62,766 nt of DNA, filler included, from a bacterium (GCA_027063545.1; 12 parts of 12 records of this genome joined end to end with filler, not necessarily neighbours in it), one strand, 5' to 3'; counted from the first letter of the whole stretch, positions 38,516-49,062 are shown. A program made the numbers and translations. Notes: generated by a model not told the origin, from the letters alone.

Positions 38516-39519
38516 AACTCAATTACCTCATCCTTTTTAAAATCACGTTTTGCAACCTTTCCAATAACCTCTTTCCATCTCATAGGAGAAATTCCTGTTC
38601 CTGGTCTTTTTACTGTTAAATTCTCTTCTGTAAATACCTCTCCTTTTTTTATCTCTCTGGCCGCAACAATACTCTTTCTTGCCACTTTAATATTTTTTAC
38701 TTCACTTTTTGAAGGCTTTTTAATTCCATTGCCTAACGCCTTTTCTATCTTTCTTATAGCCTCCACCATAGCCTTAAGTTCATGTGGCTCTAAAGAGGCT
38801 TTATGATCAGGCCCAGGCATGTTTTTATCTAATGTAAAATGCTTCTCAATAGCAACAGCTCCAATTGCCACAGCTGCTATAGGAACTTCTATACCTAAAG
38901 TATGATCACTATACCCAACTCTAACTTTAAAAGCCTCTTTTATTGTAAGCATTGCTTTTAAATTTACATCCTCAACAGGTGTTGGATATTCAGTATTTGC
39001 ATGAAGAACTATAATATTTTCTCTTTTTGTTCCAAATCTTTCAAGAACGTCTATCGCATCTTCAATCTCTCCTAAATTAGCCATTCCTGTTGATAATATT
39101 ATAGGTTTTTTATATGAGCCTATTTCTTTAAGTAATGGATAATTAGTAATCTCGCCAGAAGGTATCTTAAAAACCTCCATTCCTAAATCATATAAAAATC
39201 TTGCACTATCTATATCAAAAGGTGTTGACATGAATAGAATTCCTTTTTCCTTACAATAATTAAATAACTCTTCAAAATTTTCATAAGATAACTCTAATTT
39301 TTTTATCATCTCAAGTTGAGATTCATCTGAGCCTGTTGTCTTCTTTTGATATTCTGCTTTTTGAGCATATTTAGAAACAATCTTCTCTGCTTTAAAAGTT
39401 TGAAACTTAACTGCCGTAGCACCTGATTCTTTTGCTACATCAACCATTTTCTTTGCAAGTTCAAGACTTCCATTATGATTTACACCAGCCTCTGCGATTA
39501 TAAATACCTTTTCAAACAT
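38512..39519 (-). CDS. neuB: Nonulosonate synthase NeuB/LegI
   Basis: IIAEAGVNHNG, KFQTF, STPFD, KIPSGE, GYSDHT, IEKHFTLD, C-terminal SAF domain. Confidence 0.95.
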   Translation of the reverse strand: MFEKVFIIAEAGVNHNGSLELAKKMVDVAKESGATAVKFQTFKAEKIVSKYAQKAEYQKKTTGSDESQLEMIKKLELSYENFEELFNYCKEKGILFMSTPFDIDSARFLYDLGMEVFKIPSGEITNYPLLKEIGSYKKPIILSTGMANLGEIEDAIDVLERFGTKRENIIVLHANTEYPTPVEDVNLKAMLTIKEAFKVRVGYSDHTLGIEVPIAAVAIGAVAIEKHFTLDKNMPGPDHKASLEPHELKAMVEAIRKIEKALGNGIKKPSKSEVKNIKVARKSIVAAREIKKGEVFTEENLTVKRPGTGISPMRWKEVIGKVAKRDFKKDEVIEL

Positions 39520-39532
39520 CTCTTTAACTCCT

Positions 39533-40120
39533 TTATTTTACAAGACTTCCAGCCTTTATAAAACTTTTCTCAGGAATTTCTATATACTGCTTTGTAACAG
39601 CATTACTACCTATAAAAGAATAATTTCCAACTTTTACTCCACCATTTATAACAGCACCTGTTGAAATATGACAATGATCACCAATAATAGCATCATGCTC
39701 AACTAAAGCCTTTGTATTTATAATACAATTGCTTCCTATGATAGCAGAAGCATTAACAGCAGCATGGTGCATCACAACAGTACCTTCCCCAATTTTAGCA
39801 TATTTGGAAACATAAGCATAAGGGGAAATAATAACAGGAAGATTATATCCTATTTCTTTTAATAAATTATATAATTTAATCCTTGGTTCTACATTATATA
39901 TATGGCCTATTGTAATTATAGCATTTTTAACCTCATTAAATAACTTAGGCAAATCTTCATCAGTTCCAATTATTTCATATCCTAAAACCTTTTTACCTAC
40001 ATTCTCTTTTAAATCAATTAAACCATAAATATTAAATCTTCCCTCTGTTTCTATTACATCAATAACCGCTTTTGCATGACCTCCTGCACCTATCAAAATT
40101 ATATTCTCTTTTTTCTCCAT
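39533..40120 (-). CDS. neuD: NeuD/PglD-family sugar acetyltransferase
   Basis: IGAGGHA, hexapeptide repeats, EHD, HIS. Confidence 0.88.
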   Translation of the reverse strand: MEKKENIILIGAGGHAKAVIDVIETEGRFNIYGLIDLKENVGKKVLGYEIIGTDEDLPKLFNEVKNAIITIGHIYNVEPRIKLYNLLKEIGYNLPVIISPYAYVSKYAKIGEGTVVMHHAAVNASAIIGSNCIINTKALVEHDAIIGDHCHISTGAVINGGVKVGNYSFIGSNAVTKQYIEIPEKSFIKAGSLVK

Positions 40121-41275
40121 TTACACCCTCACACTACTAGGTATATTCACAATCCTTTCTTCTAAATAAATAGCATTGTTAAGTTCTCCCTTAGGACAAT
40201 CTTTATACATATCAAGTTTATTCATAAGCCTCCAAATTGGTCGTGTCATAACGCCATTATTATTTGAATACTCTAAAAACTCATCCCTTTCCTTTAATGA
40301 ATCAAACATTATTGCATTAAGCCAATAATTACTTCTTGCACCTTTTGGCTCTTCTATAAACTTAACACCTATTTCATTAAAAAATTTTTTATAAATTTTT
40401 GCCAACTCTCTTTTGTTTTCAATAAAAAATTTTAAATTCTCCATTTGTCCTACAAGGAGTGCTGCATTTATATTTGGCATTCTATAATTATAAGCAATCA
40501 TATCATGAACATACTCCCAAGGATGAGGAAGTTTTGCTGTGGTAGTAAGATGTTTGGCTAATTTGGCTAAATCTTCATCATCTGTAACAATAACTCCTCC
40601 TCCGCCTGAGGTTATAATTTTGTTCCCATTAAATGAAAATATTCCCAATTTCCCAAATGTCCCTGTATGTTTTCCTTTATATAAACTTCCCAAAGATTCT
40701 GCTGCATCCTCAACCACTATTAAATTAAACTCTTCAGCAATCTCTAGTATTTCATCTATCTTTACAGGATGACCAAAAGTATGCATAGGAACAACTGCTT
40801 TTATAACTTTAGAAGTTTTTTTATTAATACACTTACCCTCTTTTAAAATACAATTATCCTCTAGAAATTTTCTTAAAGCAGTAGGAGATAAGCCTAATGT
40901 ATCTAAATCTACATCAACAAATACGGGTGTTGCGCCAGCATGGGATATAGCATTACAAGTAGCAACAAAGGTTAAAGGCTGAGTAATAACCTCATCTCCT
41001 TCCTTTACCCCTGCAACAATCAAAGCAATATGCAAAGCTGCTGTCCCATTTACTGTTGCTACAGCAAATTTTGCCCCAACAAACTCCGCCAATTTTTTTT
41101 CAAATTCATTCACATACTTCCCCACACTTGAAACAAAAGTGGAATCTATGGTATCAAGCACATACTCCCTTTCTTTTCCTATAAATTTAGGTTCATGAAG
41201 AGGAATAAACTCCTTATTACCAAAAAGATCTTTAATAAAATTTATAATTTTATCATAAAATTCTTTCTTCTCCAT
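40121..41275 (-). CDS. legC: LegC-family aminotransferase
   Basis: IPLHEP, FVSSVG, NGTAALH, MHTFGHP, EDAAESLGS, SFNGNKIITSGGGG, YNYRMPN. Confidence 0.9.
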   Translation of the reverse strand: MEKKEFYDKIINFIKDLFGNKEFIPLHEPKFIGKEREYVLDTIDSTFVSSVGKYVNEFEKKLAEFVGAKFAVATVNGTAALHIALIVAGVKEGDEVITQPLTFVATCNAISHAGATPVFVDVDLDTLGLSPTALRKFLEDNCILKEGKCINKKTSKVIKAVVPMHTFGHPVKIDEILEIAEEFNLIVVEDAAESLGSLYKGKHTGTFGKLGIFSFNGNKIITSGGGGVIVTDDEDLAKLAKHLTTTAKLPHPWEYVHDMIAYNYRMPNINAALLVGQMENLKFFIENKRELAKIYKKFFNEIGVKFIEEPKGARSNYWLNAIMFDSLKERDEFLEYSNNNGVMTRPIWRLMNKLDMYKDCPKGELNNAIYLEERIVNIPSSVRV

Positions 41276-41303
41276 AATAGAAACCTTTTAGTATATTATT
41301 TTT

Positions 41304-42296
41304 TTAGAGGTTATATATATCAACTTTATATTTATTTAAATTTTCCTCTTTAGTAAACCATTCAATTGTCTCTTTTAATCCTTCCTCTAATGTATAATCT
41401 GGTTCAAAACCTGTTAATTCCTTTATTTTTGTATTATCTCCCCATAATCTGAAAACTTCTGATTTTTGAGGTCTAAGTCTAATTTCTTCTGTTTCCACCT
41501 CTGCATTAGAGTTCATTAATTTTTTTATTAAATTAAATAACTCACCTATTGAAATCTCATAATTAGAACTAATATTTACCACCTCTCCTATACATTTATC
41601 ACATTTAGCTAAATATATAAAACCCTTTACTGTATCCTTAACATAATTAAAATCTCTTGTTGGCCTTAAATCACCTAATTTAATCCTTTTCTTCCCTGCA
41701 GCCATCTGTGTTATTATTGTAGGAATAACCGCACGGGCTGATTGTCTTGGCCCATATGTATTAAAAGGTCTTGCAACAACTAAAGGCAGCTCAAAAGCAT
41801 GATAAAAACTTAAAGCAATAGCATCTGCTCCTATTTTTGTAGCACTATAAGGAGATTGAGGCTGAAGTGGATGTTTCTCATCAATTGGGACATATTTAGC
41901 AGTACCATAAACCTCACTTGTTGAAGTATGAATAACTTTCTCTATTCCAAATTCTAATGCTGCCTGACATATATTTAAAGTACCTTTTATATTTGTATCA
42001 ACATAACTATCTGGTGCTTTATAGGAATATGGAATAGCAATAAGGGCTGCTAAATGAAATACCACATCCACATCTTTTACTATGTCTTTACAAAAATGGG
42101 GATCTCTAACATCACCAGTAACAATTTCTATATCATCTTTACACTCAACGTCTTCAAGCCATCCCCAATAATTAAATGAATTATAATAAGATAAAGCCCT
42201 AACCTCTGCTCCTTCTTTATATAAACCCTCAACTAAATGAGAACCTATAAATCCATCTGCTCCTGTAACTAATACTTTTTTTCCATTTAATTCCAT
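41304..42296 (-). CDS. legB: NAD-dependent 4,6-dehydratase LegB
   Basis: TGADGFIGS, YNSFNYWGWL, LIAIPYSY, QSPYSATK, RPFNTYGPRQS. Confidence 0.9.
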   Translation of the reverse strand: MELNGKKVLVTGADGFIGSHLVEGLYKEGAEVRALSYYNSFNYWGWLEDVECKDDIEIVTGDVRDPHFCKDIVKDVDVVFHLAALIAIPYSYKAPDSYVDTNIKGTLNICQAALEFGIEKVIHTSTSEVYGTAKYVPIDEKHPLQPQSPYSATKIGADAIALSFYHAFELPLVVARPFNTYGPRQSARAVIPTIITQMAAGKKRIKLGDLRPTRDFNYVKDTVKGFIYLAKCDKCIGEVVNISSNYEISIGELFNLIKKLMNSNAEVETEEIRLRPQKSEVFRLWGDNTKIKELTGFEPDYTLEEGLKETIEWFTKEENLNKYKVDIYNL

Positions 42297-42394
42297 ATAA
42301 AGCTCCTTTAATTAGATTTAGAATTCTTCTATTTTTTGTTTAATTTTTGTATTTTATTAAAATATAAAAAAATTGCTTTATTTATCAATAAAAT

Positions 42395-43699
42395 ATGATT
42401 AGTACAATTAAAGAATTAACTAATTACTTTTGGGAATTAGAGGAAAAACTTGACTTAGTTAATTTTAATATAGATAATACTAAACCTTATTTATTAATAA
42501 GACAACCTCTTTTTATTGACGTTGCTGTTAAACTTGGCCTTTTTAATTCACCTCCTCATAAAAGACTTTCTAAAAAAGAAAAGTTTTTAAAGGGATTTAA
42601 TCTGTTGTTTAATAGTATGTTCCATAATACATTTATAGAAAGCTATAAAGCAGATATTTTAATACATCCTCATGAAAGAGTAAAGAAAATAGATGGAGAA
42701 TATGTAGACATTTATACTCATTATTTTGAAAAAGAATTAATAGAAAAAAATGTTAATTTTATAGAATTAGAGAAACCATTTTTAGGAAAACATTATAAAA
42801 TAAAAACAAAATATAGAATATATGAAGATTTTTTAATATTATTACGATATTTAATAAAAATATTTATCAAGGTTAAATTTTCAAAAAAACAATTAGAAAA
42901 AATTAAAGAAATTGAAAAATTTTTAAAAAAAGATTTAAATGTGGAAATCGATCTCGTTGATAAAATTAAAGATGCTATTAAAACTTTTAAAGCAGATTAT
43001 GTGCTTTATAAAATTATTCTGAAAAAAATTAATCCTCAAAAAGTCTATTTAGTTGTTTCCTACGGTAAACAAGCGTTAATAAAAGCATGTAAAGATTTAA
43101 ATATAGAAGTTATAGAATTCCAACATGGAACAATTTTTTCTTATCATATGGGATATAACTTCCCTTATTTAATTAAAAATAATAATATTATTACCCCTGA
43201 ATATTTTCCAGATAAAATTCTTATATGGAGTGAATTCTGGAAAAAAGTCACTTTTATACCTATCCCCGAAGAGAAAATTGAAATTTTTCCATTTTTATTT
43301 CTTAATAGATATAAGGACAAGTATAAACATCTAAAAAAAGATGCTAAAAATTTAATTGTTATTTCCCAAGGCACAATAACTGATGAGATTGCATCTAAAA
43401 TTATTGATAATTGGGACTACTTCAAAAATTTTAATATTTTATATAAACTCCATCCTGGAGAATATGAAAAATGGCAAAATTCAAAAAATTTATTAAAATT
43501 ATCTAAATATGGAAATGTAAATATATTAAAAGATGAAGATTTATATAAACTATTTTCTATTAGTAAATACGTGGTAGGAGTATATTCTACTGCTATATTT
43601 GAAGCTTTAGAATTTAATTGTGAAATTATACTATTAAATGTTTCTGGTATTGAGTATATGGAAGATTTTATCAAAATCTATAATCCTAAAATTTTTTAA
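42395..43699 (+). CDS. GT-B glycosyltransferase, putative nonulosonate transferase
   Basis: EFQHG, ISQ, KLHPGE, YSTAIFEA; divergent from the leg operon. Confidence 0.6.
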   Translation: MISTIKELTNYFWELEEKLDLVNFNIDNTKPYLLIRQPLFIDVAVKLGLFNSPPHKRLSKKEKFLKGFNLLFNSMFHNTFIESYKADILIHPHERVKKIDGEYVDIYTHYFEKELIEKNVNFIELEKPFLGKHYKIKTKYRIYEDFLILLRYLIKIFIKVKFSKKQLEKIKEIEKFLKKDLNVEIDLVDKIKDAIKTFKADYVLYKIILKKINPQKVYLVVSYGKQALIKACKDLNIEVIEFQHGTIFSYHMGYNFPYLIKNNNIITPEYFPDKILIWSEFWKKVTFIPIPEEKIEIFPFLFLNRYKDKYKHLKKDAKNLIVISQGTITDEIASKIIDNWDYFKNFNILYKLHPGEYEKWQNSKNLLKLSKYGNVNILKDEDLYKLFSISKYVVGVYSTAIFEALEFNCEIILLNVSGIEYMEDFIKIYNPKIF

Positions 43700-43714
43700 C
43701 TTTTTTTTTTGTAG

Positions 43715-43814
43715 NNNNNNNNNNNNNNNNNNNNNNNNNNNNNNNNNNNNNNNNNNNNTTAATTAATTAANNNNNNNNNNNNNNNNNNNNNNNNNNNNNN
43801 NNNNNNNNNNNNNN
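43715..43814. other. Artificial contig linker
   Basis: N44-TTAATTAATTAA-N44. Confidence 0.99.
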
Positions 43815-44124
43815 AATCATCAGATATTGCATTTGCTGCCTTTGCAATATAGTTAGCACTAGCAGGAGCAACTATTAAAAGATCAGCCCATTTACTTAAA
43901 GAAATATGCCTTGTAAAATCCCTTTCTTTATCCTCAAATAACTCTTTTATTACTTTATTCTCTGAAAGAGTTGATAAAGTCCATTCACCAATAAACTTTA
44001 AAGCATTTTCTGTAACAATTGTAACAACATTATAACCCTTTTTTCTTAATTCTCTTATAATTAAAACTGCCTTATATGCTGCTATTGAACCTGTTATTCC
44101 TAGTACTATATTTTTATTCTTCAT
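43815..44124 (-). CDS. coaBC: CoaBC, 3' partial
   Basis: LGITGSIAAYK, HISLSKWAD, APASAN. Confidence 0.92.
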
Positions 44125-44344
44125 CTTGTTTATAAATGTATTTTACCTTTCCTTCAATTAAATTTCTCATTGCTCTGGTTGTTACTTTTTCATTTAATTT
44201 TATTTTACCATCTATTCTTTCTTGATTTATTCTTTTTGCCTCTTCTGCCAAAATCCTAACAAGTTCATAATCATTTAAGTTTAATTTTCTTAATTCTTCT
44301 ACCAATTTAATATTTTCATACGGATCTCTTCTCCTCATAAACAC
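44114..44344 (-). CDS. rpoZ: RNA polymerase omega subunit
   Basis: YELVRILAEEAKRINQ...KVTTRAM...GKV; lies between yicC and coaBC. Confidence 0.72.
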   Translation of the reverse strand: MFMRRRDPYENIKLVEELRKLNLNDYELVRILAEEAKRINQERIDGKIKLNEKVTTRAMRNLIEGKVKYIYKQDEE

Positions 44345-44353
44345 CTCTCCTTT

Positions 44354-45229
44354 TTATTCTATATTTTGCATCTGTTCTTTTATTTTTTCAATTTCTTCTT
44401 TAATATCAATAACTATTTTATTTATATCATACAAAACTGACTTAGATGCTATAGTATTAGTTTCTCTATTCATCTCCTGTAATATAAAAGAAGCTTTTTT
44501 TCCAACCTCTCCACCTTTATCCAATAAAGACTCTAATTCTTGGGTATGCTTTCTTAACCTAACAATCTCTTCTGTTATATCAACTTTGTTTAAAATAAAT
44601 CCTATCTCATGTAGTATTAGGTTATTATCTATTTGTTTATCATCTAAAACAAGTGAAATATTTTCTTTTAATTTCTTTATTATATTATCCTTTTGTGTTT
44701 CTATAAGTTCCTCTATTTTATTGGTATATTCACTAATCTTAGAAATTCTATTTTTTATATCTTTATAAAGAACGTCACCTTCTTTTCTTCTTGAAGCAAG
44801 AAATTCTTCTATTAATGTGTTTAAAAATGACTCTATTATTTTAAATACCTCATCAATATCTAAATCTTTATATTTATATGTTATTACATTAGGAAGTGTA
44901 AGTAATGTATCTATAGATGGTTTTTCGTTTACCCCTAAAACAATTAAAGAATCTTTTATTTTATTATAATAATTTAAAAATAAATCATCATTAAAATTCA
45001 CTTCTATATATGGATTGTTATCTATGAAAAAAAGAGAAAATGTAATAGTTCCCCTTCTTACTTTTGAGGCTATAAACTCCCTTATCAATAATTCTAACTC
45101 AGATAAGAACCCTGGTAATTTTACTTTCAAATCCAAAGATCTACTATTAACAGACTTTATCTCCATTACAAATTCTTTATCTTCAATAAAACCATGAACT
45201 TTTGCAAAACCAGTCATTGAGTATATCAT
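44354..45229 (-). CDS. yicC: YicC/YloC endoribonuclease
   Basis: SMTGF, KSVNSR, DITEEIVRL, GKK..F..QEMNRETNT, KEQMQNIE. Confidence 0.93.
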   Translation of the reverse strand: MIYSMTGFAKVHGFIEDKEFVMEIKSVNSRSLDLKVKLPGFLSELELLIREFIASKVRRGTITFSLFFIDNNPYIEVNFNDDLFLNYYNKIKDSLIVLGVNEKPSIDTLLTLPNVITYKYKDLDIDEVFKIIESFLNTLIEEFLASRRKEGDVLYKDIKNRISKISEYTNKIEELIETQKDNIIKKLKENISLVLDDKQIDNNLILHEIGFILNKVDITEEIVRLRKHTQELESLLDKGGEVGKKASFILQEMNRETNTIASKSVLYDINKIVIDIKEEIEKIKEQMQNIE

Positions 45230-45268
45230 AACATTTAAAAATAATTATGTTTAGAAAAAAATCAAGTA

Positions 45269-46222
45269 CTATTTATAAAAAACTAAAGAAGCAGAATAAT
45301 TTGTATAAGAAGCAAAATCTTTAAATATAACTAGATTGATCTCTATAGAGTTATTATCTTTTTTATTTGGAAGTATTATTTTAATACCTGTTGAATATTT
45401 CCCTTTTAGATCTGTACCTGCATATATATTAAAATAATTGTTTATAAGGAATTTTAGGCCTATATTATTTGTAATTGTAGTATCTGTAATATTAAAATCA
45501 ACTCCATCAGATATTTTTATATATTTAAATTTGTATGAATATGCAATAGAACATATTAGACGTTGTTCTTCTTCGTATTCTTCAGAATTTAAAGAATTAT
45601 CTTGAGTATTTTCAACAAGTGATATATTCCATTTGATTTCGGAAAAAATATTATTTAAACCTATAGAAAATTCCTGTCTATTATTATAGATTAAAAGCCC
45701 TGTTGTAATCCCATTAAATAGATTATTGTTGAAAGCGCCTTCTACAGAAGTCTCTTTTGGTACTTTTATATATATCTTTAATAATTTAAGCCCCATTCCA
45801 AATATTAGGGTATAATTTTTATAAAATTTTCTTTTCATAAAACCTATAGAAGGTACAAACAAATAAGCAACCTCATAACTTTGACCTATTATATTTTCGT
45901 TTATATCATATACATCAAAAGATTCTATCCCTCTTGTAAAAAAACTTATCTGACCTAATAGTTTTTTTCCTTTTATTTTTATTAAAAATCCATTATCATA
46001 TCTTCCTAAACTATAATTTGTTAGATATATACTTGCTTTATATGATTTAAAATTCTCTTCAAAGGCTGCAGGATTATATAAATTTATTCCTTCTGAGAGT
46101 GTTCCTATAAAACCATTGAGTATAATAGAGGTATAAAACTTTTCATCTAATAAACTATTTGCTTCAATATTGGAAAAAGTTATTATCAACATTACAAACA
46201 ATGTAATAAGTCTTTTACTCAT
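45269..46222 (-). CDS. Hypothetical PorV/FadL-like outer-membrane beta-barrel
   Basis: Signal peptide, LYNPAA, FGMGLK, IGLNNI, beta-strand pattern. Confidence 0.45.
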   Translation of the reverse strand: MSKRLITLFVMLIITFSNIEANSLLDEKFYTSIILNGFIGTLSEGINLYNPAAFEENFKSYKASIYLTNYSLGRYDNGFLIKIKGKKLLGQISFFTRGIESFDVYDINENIIGQSYEVAYLFVPSIGFMKRKFYKNYTLIFGMGLKLLKIYIKVPKETSVEGAFNNNLFNGITTGLLIYNNRQEFSIGLNNIFSEIKWNISLVENTQDNSLNSEEYEEEQRLICSIAYSYKFKYIKISDGVDFNITDTTITNNIGLKFLINNYFNIYAGTDLKGKYSTGIKIILPNKKDNNSIEINLVIFKDFASYTNYSASLVFYK

Positions 46223-47514
46223 TCTTTCTTCCTTAATACAACAATTTTGCCATAGTTAATAAGACCAGACTTTGTTTTTATTACAAATATATAAATTCCC
46301 GGAGGTACTATATTCCCATTTGAATCTGTTCCATCCCACCAATCTTCATCATAGTTTGTTGATTTTGTATTTGAAGCATATCTTAGTTTGTTTTTTATTA
46401 TTGTTTTTATTTTTCTTCCAGAGAATGTTCTTATTTCTATTGTAACATAATCATCTTTTGACAATCTATAAGCAAAAAATGCTTTTGGTGTTTTTGTCGT
46501 TATAACAGTTGGAAACGCATATACCTGTTTTAAATCATAAAGAACACTTTTTTCTATATAAATCTCTTTATACAAAGTATCATTTATTTTTTTATAGAAT
46601 ATTCCTTTATTTGTACCTATAACTAATAAACTATCAATATTTTTAATAGCATTGATCTTATAATCTTTTATCTGGTCAATATCTATGTTTGAAATATATA
46701 AATTTGAAGGGTTAAAACTTCCCCAATACAAACTATCTCCTGTAAAAAAAGTGAATATAGAATCATATAAAGATAAAAAAATAACCTCTGATGTTGTCTT
46801 TTTTATCTCTTTTTCGCTATTTAAACTTAAAGAGTTTATAAATATTCCATTTTGATTTGAATTTTGTATATCATATACATAGTATATAAAATTTGTGTCA
46901 AAAATATCATAATAGAGAATAATTCTATTAGTATCCCAAGAAGTTTTTTTAAAAATTAAAGGACTTTTTGTAACATACAAACCATTTAAACTAGATAAAT
47001 AAAGAAGAGTATCATTAAATTTTATAAAAGAAAACGCTTTTATATTATCTGTACTATCTATATAAATAGATTTTACAAAATTTTTCTCATAATAATACAC
47101 TCCTTTAGGATAAAGGATAAAAATGGGTATGTTCTCTATTTTTTCAAAATCATATAAATATACATATGAGACTGCTATATTTTTCTCTTCTATAATATTT
47201 AGATCCCTATCATATAATCTATAAAAACTTATATATCCATTTGGATCTGTAAATGAAACAAAAATATTATTATCAACAATTTTTACTAAAGAATTTTCAT
47301 TTATAGGATAATCAAACTTTGTGGATTTAAAAAAAATTAAAGAGTCCTTTTTTCTATCATAAGTATATAAACATATACCACTATCTAAAACAGCAATTAA
47401 TGTATCTCCTATATTTTCTATACTAATAACTTTGTTTGAGATAATTTGGGTATAACTATTAGAAATTAAAATAAACAGAGTTATAATTATAAAGAAAAAT
47501 CTATTTCTTAACAA
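46219..47514 (-). CDS. Secreted beta-propeller protein with FlgD-Ig/T9SS-like C-terminal domain
   Basis: TTG start with GGAG RBS; IGTNKG; C-terminal YAFP...WDGTDSNGNIVPPGIYIF...GKIVVLR. Confidence 0.7.
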   Translation of the reverse strand: MLRNRFFFIIITLFILISNSYTQIISNKVISIENIGDTLIAVLDSGICLYTYDRKKDSLIFFKSTKFDYPINENSLVKIVDNNIFVSFTDPNGYISFYRLYDRDLNIIEEKNIAVSYVYLYDFEKIENIPIFILYPKGVYYYEKNFVKSIYIDSTDNIKAFSFIKFNDTLLYLSSLNGLYVTKSPLIFKKTSWDTNRIILYYDIFDTNFIYYVYDIQNSNQNGIFINSLSLNSEKEIKKTTSEVIFLSLYDSIFTFFTGDSLYWGSFNPSNLYISNIDIDQIKDYKINAIKNIDSLLVIGTNKGIFYKKINDTLYKEIYIEKSVLYDLKQVYAFPTVITTKTPKAFFAYRLSKDDYVTIEIRTFSGRKIKTIIKNKLRYASNTKSTNYDEDWWDGTDSNGNIVPPGIYIFVIKTKSGLINYGKIVVLRKKE

Positions 47515-47527
47515 AGTTTCTCCTTCT

Positions 47528-48160
47528 CTATTTTGTTAAATCAATAACTTCGTAATCTTTAGGAAAGGATAAATTAAAAATTTTATCGTCTATCTTTTTA
47601 TTCATTTCTATATAAGTTATGGTATAAATGTTTATATTACCATTTATATCCTTAAAAACTACCTGTGTAGGCATTAAATCTTTTTTTCTTATATTAAATT
47701 GTACATATCTTATATATGAATTATCATTCTTTGCGGAATAACTAAATATAAACTCTTTTTTATTCTCTTCAAAATCTAATAGTTTATACTCATTTATAAT
47801 TTTCTTATAGTATTTTTTGAGAGAAAATAATATATTAGAAGAGTCAAGTTTATTTATAACAATTTGTTTAGCAATATTATTTATTTTATAAACCTTGACA
47901 CCTCTTGAGATTATTTTCATATTACCATAATCAAGATAGTAGAGAGAAGGAATCTTAAAAAGAAACTTTCCTTTTAATTTACGACCCCCTCCTAAAAGAG
48001 AATCTTTGTATTCATTGATAAATAACACCTTAAGAGTAAAAATATTATCTACTTTCTTTGTTAATTTAGAGACTACTTGATTTGCTTTTTTTATATTAAA
48101 AGCATAGCTATTAGTAACTAAAATTAATATAGAAAATAATAATAGAAAAATTTTTCTCAC
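47528..48160 (-). CDS. lolA: LolA-family lipoprotein carrier
   Basis: Signal peptide; GKFLFKIP, KQIVI, DINGN, F..P..YEVIDL. Confidence 0.72.
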   Translation of the reverse strand: MRKIFLLLFSILILVTNSYAFNIKKANQVVSKLTKKVDNIFTLKVLFINEYKDSLLGGGRKLKGKFLFKIPSLYYLDYGNMKIISRGVKVYKINNIAKQIVINKLDSSNILFSLKKYYKKIINEYKLLDFEENKKEFIFSYSAKNDNSYIRYVQFNIRKKDLMPTQVVFKDINGNINIYTITYIEMNKKIDDKIFNLSFPKDYEVIDLTK

Positions 48161-48621
48161 TATTTTGTTTTCTCCTTACTTAACTTTTCTAGTTCTTTCA
48201 TAAATTCTTCTGTATCTTTAAATCTTTTATATACAGAAGCAAATCTAACATAAGCTACTTCATCTAATTTGTATAACTCTTCCATAACAAATTCGCCAAT
48301 AAATTTGGTTTGAATTTCTTTTTCTCCTAATGAATAAATTTTCTCTTCTATTTTTGCTACAATTTCATCTATCTTTTCTATTGATACAGGTCTCTTTTTA
48401 CAGGCTATTTCTATCCCTGCTTTTATCTTTTCTCGCTGAAATGGTTCTCTTCTACCATCTGACTTTATAACATAAATAGGTGTCTTTTCTACATATTCAT
48501 AAGTAGTAAAACGTCTTTTGCAATCTTCACACTCTCTTCTTCTTCTAATAACCAACCCATCTTTAGTTACTCTAGAATCTAAAACTTTATGTCTAAATGA
48601 TCCACAATAAGGGCATTTCAT
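48160..48621 (-). CDS. nrdR: Transcriptional repressor NrdR
   Basis: MKCPYC, VLDSR, RRRREC..C..RFTTYE, ATP cone, AYVRFASVY. Confidence 0.97.
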   Translation of the reverse strand: MKCPYCGSFRHKVLDSRVTKDGLVIRRRRECEDCKRRFTTYEYVEKTPIYVIKSDGRREPFQREKIKAGIEIACKKRPVSIEKIDEIVAKIEEKIYSLGEKEIQTKFIGEFVMEELYKLDEVAYVRFASVYKRFKDTEEFMKELEKLSKEKTK

Positions 48622-48628
48622 ATATTAT

Positions 48629-49062
48629 TTACTCTTTCTTCCCTATAAAATAAAATTTTGTCTTAAAGTTTTTCTCTTCTATATCCCCTTCAGGTGTTCT
48701 ATAGAGTACTTTAAAATATATTATATAAACTCCTGAATTTATTGGTAAGCCATAATTATTAGTACCATCCCAATTATCACATATAAACTCTTTTACTATA
48801 TTAGTAGAATCTACAGTTTGATTGGTATAATCTGTAATATCTTTAAAATCTCCACCTAATCCTATACCTTTAAAAGTTCTCACCAGATTTCCATTTATAT
48901 CATATATAGAAGCTTCTATGTCAGTAATATCACCTTTATCAGTCAAATAAATTTTTGGATACATCTCTCCATTTGGATCTTGATATACTACAGCAGGGTT
49001 TGGATATATACCATAATTTATTTTGTCAATAGTTCTTATATAGAAATATAGTAAAATCCCAT
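48629..49062 (-). CDS. Secreted protein C-terminus with FlgD-Ig/T9SS-like domain, 5' partial
   Basis: Frame open to the contig end: IYPNPA...IYDINGNLVRT...WDGTNNYG..INSGVYI. Confidence 0.72.

Noticed and set aside
40106-41275. Identical MEKKE starts of legC and neuD
   Set aside because: Short A-rich starts; likely coincidence.
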